Shown here: in pieces, positions 60,592-64,000 of the stretch
How positions within the stretch are numbered: the stretch's first letter is position 1
How the letters are laid out: the number at the start of each line of letters is the position of its first letter
NCBI GenBank assembly: GCA_965263355.1
Contig: CBDHHL010000056.1
Location: forward strand, 1,408,001-1,472,000
Direction of reading: 5' to 3'
From: Leptolyngbyaceae cyanobacterium
GTDB lineage: Bacteria > Cyanobacteriota > Cyanobacteriia > Phormidesmidales > Phormidesmidaceae
DNA length: 64,000 nucleotides
Notes under the pieces: generated by a model
Told to the model about the DNA's origin: nothing
Seen by the model: only the letters and a program-made list of their open reading frames with translations
Database searches by the model: none
Made by a program: the position numbers and the translations under genes

Positions 60592-63255
60592 ATGACATCA
60601 CTATCGTCTCCCACTGATGTTCGGGTCAATACCCTGAAAAGTTTAGAAGAGTTAATTTCATACGTAAAAAAAGCCCAGGAGATTTATGCGGGCTTTGATC
60701 AGGCCCAGGTAGATGCGATTTTTAAGCAGGCAGCGATCGCAGCCAATAATGCCCGTCTGCCCCTAGCTAAACAAGCCGTTGCCGAAACCGGCATGGGGGT
60801 GATCGAAGATAAGGTGATCAAAAATCACTTTGCCTCGGAATATATTTACAACAAATATAAGCATGAAAAAACCTGTGGGATAATCTACTCCGATGTGCAC
60901 TACGGCATCCAGAAAGTAGCCGAACCCATTGGAGTGATTGCGGGGATTGTGCCCACCACCAACCCCACGGCCACCGCTATCTTTAAGGCATTGCTTTGTC
61001 TCAAAACTCGCAACGCCATTATTTTTTCTCCCCATCCCCGCGCTAAGGCCTGCACCATTGCGGCAGCTAAAGTGATCCGAGATGCGGCTGTCAAAGCAGG
61101 GGCTCCCGTAGATCTCATTGGTTGGATCGATGAACCCACCCTGGAACTCTCCCAGGCATTGATGCAGCACCCTGATATTAAACTGATTCTAGCCACGGGC
61201 GGCCCTGGCATGGTCAAGGCCGCCTATTCCTCTGGCCATCCGTCTTTGGGGGTGGGAGCAGGCAATACCCCAGCGCTAATTGATGAGACCGCCGATATCC
61301 AAATGGCCGTGAGTTCAATCTTACTGAGTAAAACCTTTGATAACGGCATGATCTGTGCATCGGAACAGTCTGCTGTGGTCGCTGATGAGATTTACGACGA
61401 CGTTAAGCAAGAGTTTATTAAGCGGGGGGCCTATTTTCTCAACCCAGACGAACAGACCCGAGTGGCTCAACTCCTGCTCAAAAATGGGCGGCTCAATGCT
61501 GAGGTTGTGGGGCAGCCGATTACCCAGTTAGCGCAGCTGGCTAATTTGAAGGTTCCTGAAGGGACCAAACTCCTGATTGGTGAAGTCAACACCATTGGTC
61601 CGGAAGAGCCCTTCTCCTATGAAAAACTTTCACTGATTTTAGCACTATACCGGGCATCGGACTTTGCTACGGGGGTAGAACAGGCTAAACAGCTGGTGAA
61701 CTTTGCCGGACGGGGTCATACGTCGGTACTGTATACCCATCCTGACAATCGCGATCGCATCGTTCAATTTGAAAATGAACTGGCCACATCGCGGGTATTA
61801 ATCAATACCCCGTCTTCCCAGGGAGCCATTGGCGATCTCTATAACTTTAAGCTTGATCCCTCACTTACCCTGGGCTGCGGCACCTGGGGTGGCAACTCTG
61901 TTTCGGAAAATGTTGGTGTGCACCATTTACTCAATGTCAAAACGGTAACTGAACGGCGAGAGAATATGCTGTGGTTCCGCGTGCCCCCCAAGGTTTATTT
62001 CAAATCGGGGTGTATTCCCGTAGCCCTGGGGGATCTGGCCCATAAAAAGCGGGCCTTTATTGTGACCGACCGACCATTGTTTGACATGGGCTTTACGAAA
62101 GAGATTACTGACACCCTAGAAACCCTTGGCATTGAGCATCACACCTTTTTTGATGTGGAGCCCGACCCATCTCTCTCGACGGTGCAGCGGGGGTTAGCCG
62201 TGATCAACACCTTCCAGCCCGATGTGATTATTGCCCTGGGTGGGGGGTCTCCCATGGATGCCGCTAAGGTGATGTGGCTGATGTATGAGCATCCTGAAGT
62301 GGAGTTCGAAGGTCTGGCCATGCGGTTTATGGACATTCGCAAACGGGTGTACGAGCTGCCGCCCCTGGGAGAAAAAGCGATTCTTGTCGCCATTCCTACC
62401 ACATCGGGCACCGGTTCCGAAGTGACCCCCTTTGCCGTGGTTACCGACGACCGGGAGAGCATCAAATATCCGCTAGCGGACTATGCCCTCACCCCCACCA
62501 TGGCCATCATTGACCCAGAGCTGGTGCGGCACATGCCCAAAAAGCTGACCGCCTATGGTGGTATCGATGCCCTCACTCACGCATTGGAGGCCTATGTTTC
62601 TGTGCTCGCCACCGAGTTTACCGATGGGTTAGCGCTCGAAGCCATTGGGCTGTTAGTGCAATATCTCCCCCGTGCCTATCAGCATGGTCCCAACGACCCG
62701 GAAGCTCGGGAGAAAGTTCACTATGCCGCCACCATCGCTGGTATGGCCTTTGCCAATGCGTTTCTCGGCATCTGTCACTCCCTGGCCCACAAACTTGGGT
62801 CCACATTCCACGTGCCCCATGGCTTGGCCAATGCGCTGATGATTTCCCATGTGATTCGGTATAACGCCACTGATGCCCCGTTTAAGCAGGCGATCTTCCC
62901 CCAGTATGAGTATCCTCAGGCTAAGGCAAGATATGCTGCGATCGCAGATTCACTCCAGCTTGGGGGCAACACCGATGACGAGAAAGTAGATCTTTTAATC
63001 GAGGCGATTGAATCCTTAAAACAACAGGTGGATATCCCCAGCAATCTACGAGCGGTGCTGAGTGAAGATGAGCACACCTTCTTTGAACATCTGGATCTAA
63101 TGGCCGAGCAAGCCTTTGATGACCAGTGTACGGGGGCCAACCCTCGCTACCCTCTGATTCAGGATCTTAAGGCACTCTACATTGCAGCCTATCGCGACGG
63201 TCTTGCTGTTCCACAATCAACGACTGCAGCCGCAATGGAGGAGGTCGCCCACTAA
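60592..63255 (+). CDS. adhE: Bifunctional acetaldehyde-CoA/alcohol dehydrogenase
   Basis: ICASEQ, LGCG.WG, GGGSPMDAAK, DALTHA.E, HSLAH, HG.AN. Confidence 0.98.
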   Translation: MTSLSSPTDVRVNTLKSLEELISYVKKAQEIYAGFDQAQVDAIFKQAAIAANNARLPLAKQAVAETGMGVIEDKVIKNHFASEYIYNKYKHEKTCGIIYSDVHYGIQKVAEPIGVIAGIVPTTNPTATAIFKALLCLKTRNAIIFSPHPRAKACTIAAAKVIRDAAVKAGAPVDLIGWIDEPTLELSQALMQHPDIKLILATGGPGMVKAAYSSGHPSLGVGAGNTPALIDETADIQMAVSSILLSKTFDNGMICASEQSAVVADEIYDDVKQEFIKRGAYFLNPDEQTRVAQLLLKNGRLNAEVVGQPITQLAQLANLKVPEGTKLLIGEVNTIGPEEPFSYEKLSLILALYRASDFATGVEQAKQLVNFAGRGHTSVLYTHPDNRDRIVQFENELATSRVLINTPSSQGAIGDLYNFKLDPSLTLGCGTWGGNSVSENVGVHHLLNVKTVTERRENMLWFRVPPKVYFKSGCIPVALGDLAHKKRAFIVTDRPLFDMGFTKEITDTLETLGIEHHTFFDVEPDPSLSTVQRGLAVINTFQPDVIIALGGGSPMDAAKVMWLMYEHPEVEFEGLAMRFMDIRKRVYELPPLGEKAILVAIPTTSGTGSEVTPFAVVTDDRESIKYPLADYALTPTMAIIDPELVRHMPKKLTAYGGIDALTHALEAYVSVLATEFTDGLALEAIGLLVQYLPRAYQHGPNDPEAREKVHYAATIAGMAFANAFLGICHSLAHKLGSTFHVPHGLANALMISHVIRYNATDAPFKQAIFPQYEYPQAKARYAAIADSLQLGGNTDDEKVDLLIEAIESLKQQVDIPSNLRAVLSEDEHTFFEHLDLMAEQAFDDQCTGANPRYPLIQDLKALYIAAYRDGLAVPQSTTAAAMEEVAH

Positions 63256-63271
63256 ATTTCAAACGCTATCT

Positions 63272-63328
63272 AACGATCCCCCAAGTGACTTCTATCTGAG
63301 GAGACTGTTACAGTCACGGGGGATCGTT
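63272..63328 (+). terminator. Long hairpin after adhE
   Basis: aacgatccccc..gtgact / agtcac-gggggatcgtt. Confidence 0.6.
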
Positions 63329-63392
63329 GACTGTTAACAATTGAGCTAAGTATGGCAGAATCTAGGTACCCACAAGGAGGTCCCAAAATGAA

Positions 63393-64000
63393 ATGGTATC
63401 AGCAACAGGCACGGATACTACCCTAGCTATTCAACCCGGTGACAGTTATCCCCTAGGTGCGACGGTTCGCGATGGCGGCGTTAACTTTTGTCTGTATGCA
63501 CAGGGGGCCATAAACGTAGCGCTGCTACTCTTTGAGACAGCGGATTCTCCTCAGCCCCACCGGGTTGTTCAGCTAGATCCAGGGGTTAATCATACATTTC
63601 ACTACTGGCATGTGTTTGTTGCTGGTTTGGGAGCTGGGCAGGTCTATGGGTATCGGGTTGACGGCCCCTACAATCCAGACAGTGGTCAGCGGTTTAATTC
63701 GAATAAGGTGCTGCTTGATCCCTATGCCCGTTCCGTTGTCGGCTGGCAAACCTATTCTCGTCAGGCTGCCACTGACGACTCCGACAATTGTGCCCAGGCC
63801 TTGCGAGCAGTTGTTGTAGACCCACTGCATTACGATTGGGACGGCGATAGGCATCCTAAAACTCCCTATGCTGCCACGATAATCTATGAGTTGCATGTGG
63901 GCGGGTTTACCCAACATCCTAATTCTGGTATCGCGGCCAACAAACGGGGCACCTATGCTGGCTTGATGGAAAAAATCCCATACCTTCAATCCTTAGGGAT
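63393..64000 (+). CDS. glgX: Glycogen debranching enzyme / isoamylase (runs off the right edge)
   Basis: Manual translation: PLGAT..GGVNF, YWHVF, YGYRVDGP, LLDPYA, IIYELHV.GFT, GTY.GL..KIPYL. Confidence 0.95.
   Translation, partial: MVSATGTDTTLAIQPGDSYPLGATVRDGGVNFCLYAQGAINVALLLFETADSPQPHRVVQLDPGVNHTFHYWHVFVAGLGAGQVYGYRVDGPYNPDSGQRFNSNKVLLDPYARSVVGWQTYSRQAATDDSDNCAQALRAVVVDPLHYDWDGDRHPKTPYAATIIYELHVGGFTQHPNSGIAANKRGTYAGLMEKIPYLQSLG

Noticed and set aside
63573..63989. ORF-track entries at the right edge
   Set aside because: Shadows of glgX, which is open from 63393 to the window end

Overview
Cyanobacterial chromosome segment. About 28 HIP1 octamers (GCGATCGC) were counted by eye, and the gene set looks like that of a filamentous Leptolyngbya-like strain (inference). 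The first ~37 kb is mostly housekeeping genes: cobA/hemD, coaE, clpC, rimI, lysA, cdaA, pedR, hisS, arsM, sdhB, a peroxiredoxin, tRNA-fMet, rsfS and a cyclophilin. This part also holds a 47-aa AtpTheta-like gene missed by the ORF track and an accessory patch (Uma2, secreted TPR-CHAT protease, XRE switch, PD-(D/E)XK-like protein). From 37.5 to 43.1 kb, modABC sits beside a decayed locus: truncated cysK, a flavodoxin remnant, an IS3 relic with a nested MITE and a PatB/CnfR-like Fe-S regulator remnant. From 43 to 64 kb lies a probable low-oxygen/dark energy island. It contains a DUF2231-DUF2231-ARTO(CuA-less oxidase)-atypical GMC operon, xfp-ackA, an acyl-CoA synthetase/GNAT fusion, pflBA-adhE and glgX, and three of its units share a SigF-like upstream motif. 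Two TA-flanked MITE families are dispersed through intergenic DNA. No CRISPR array, rRNA or prophage was seen. All assignments come from motif recognition; no database search was run.
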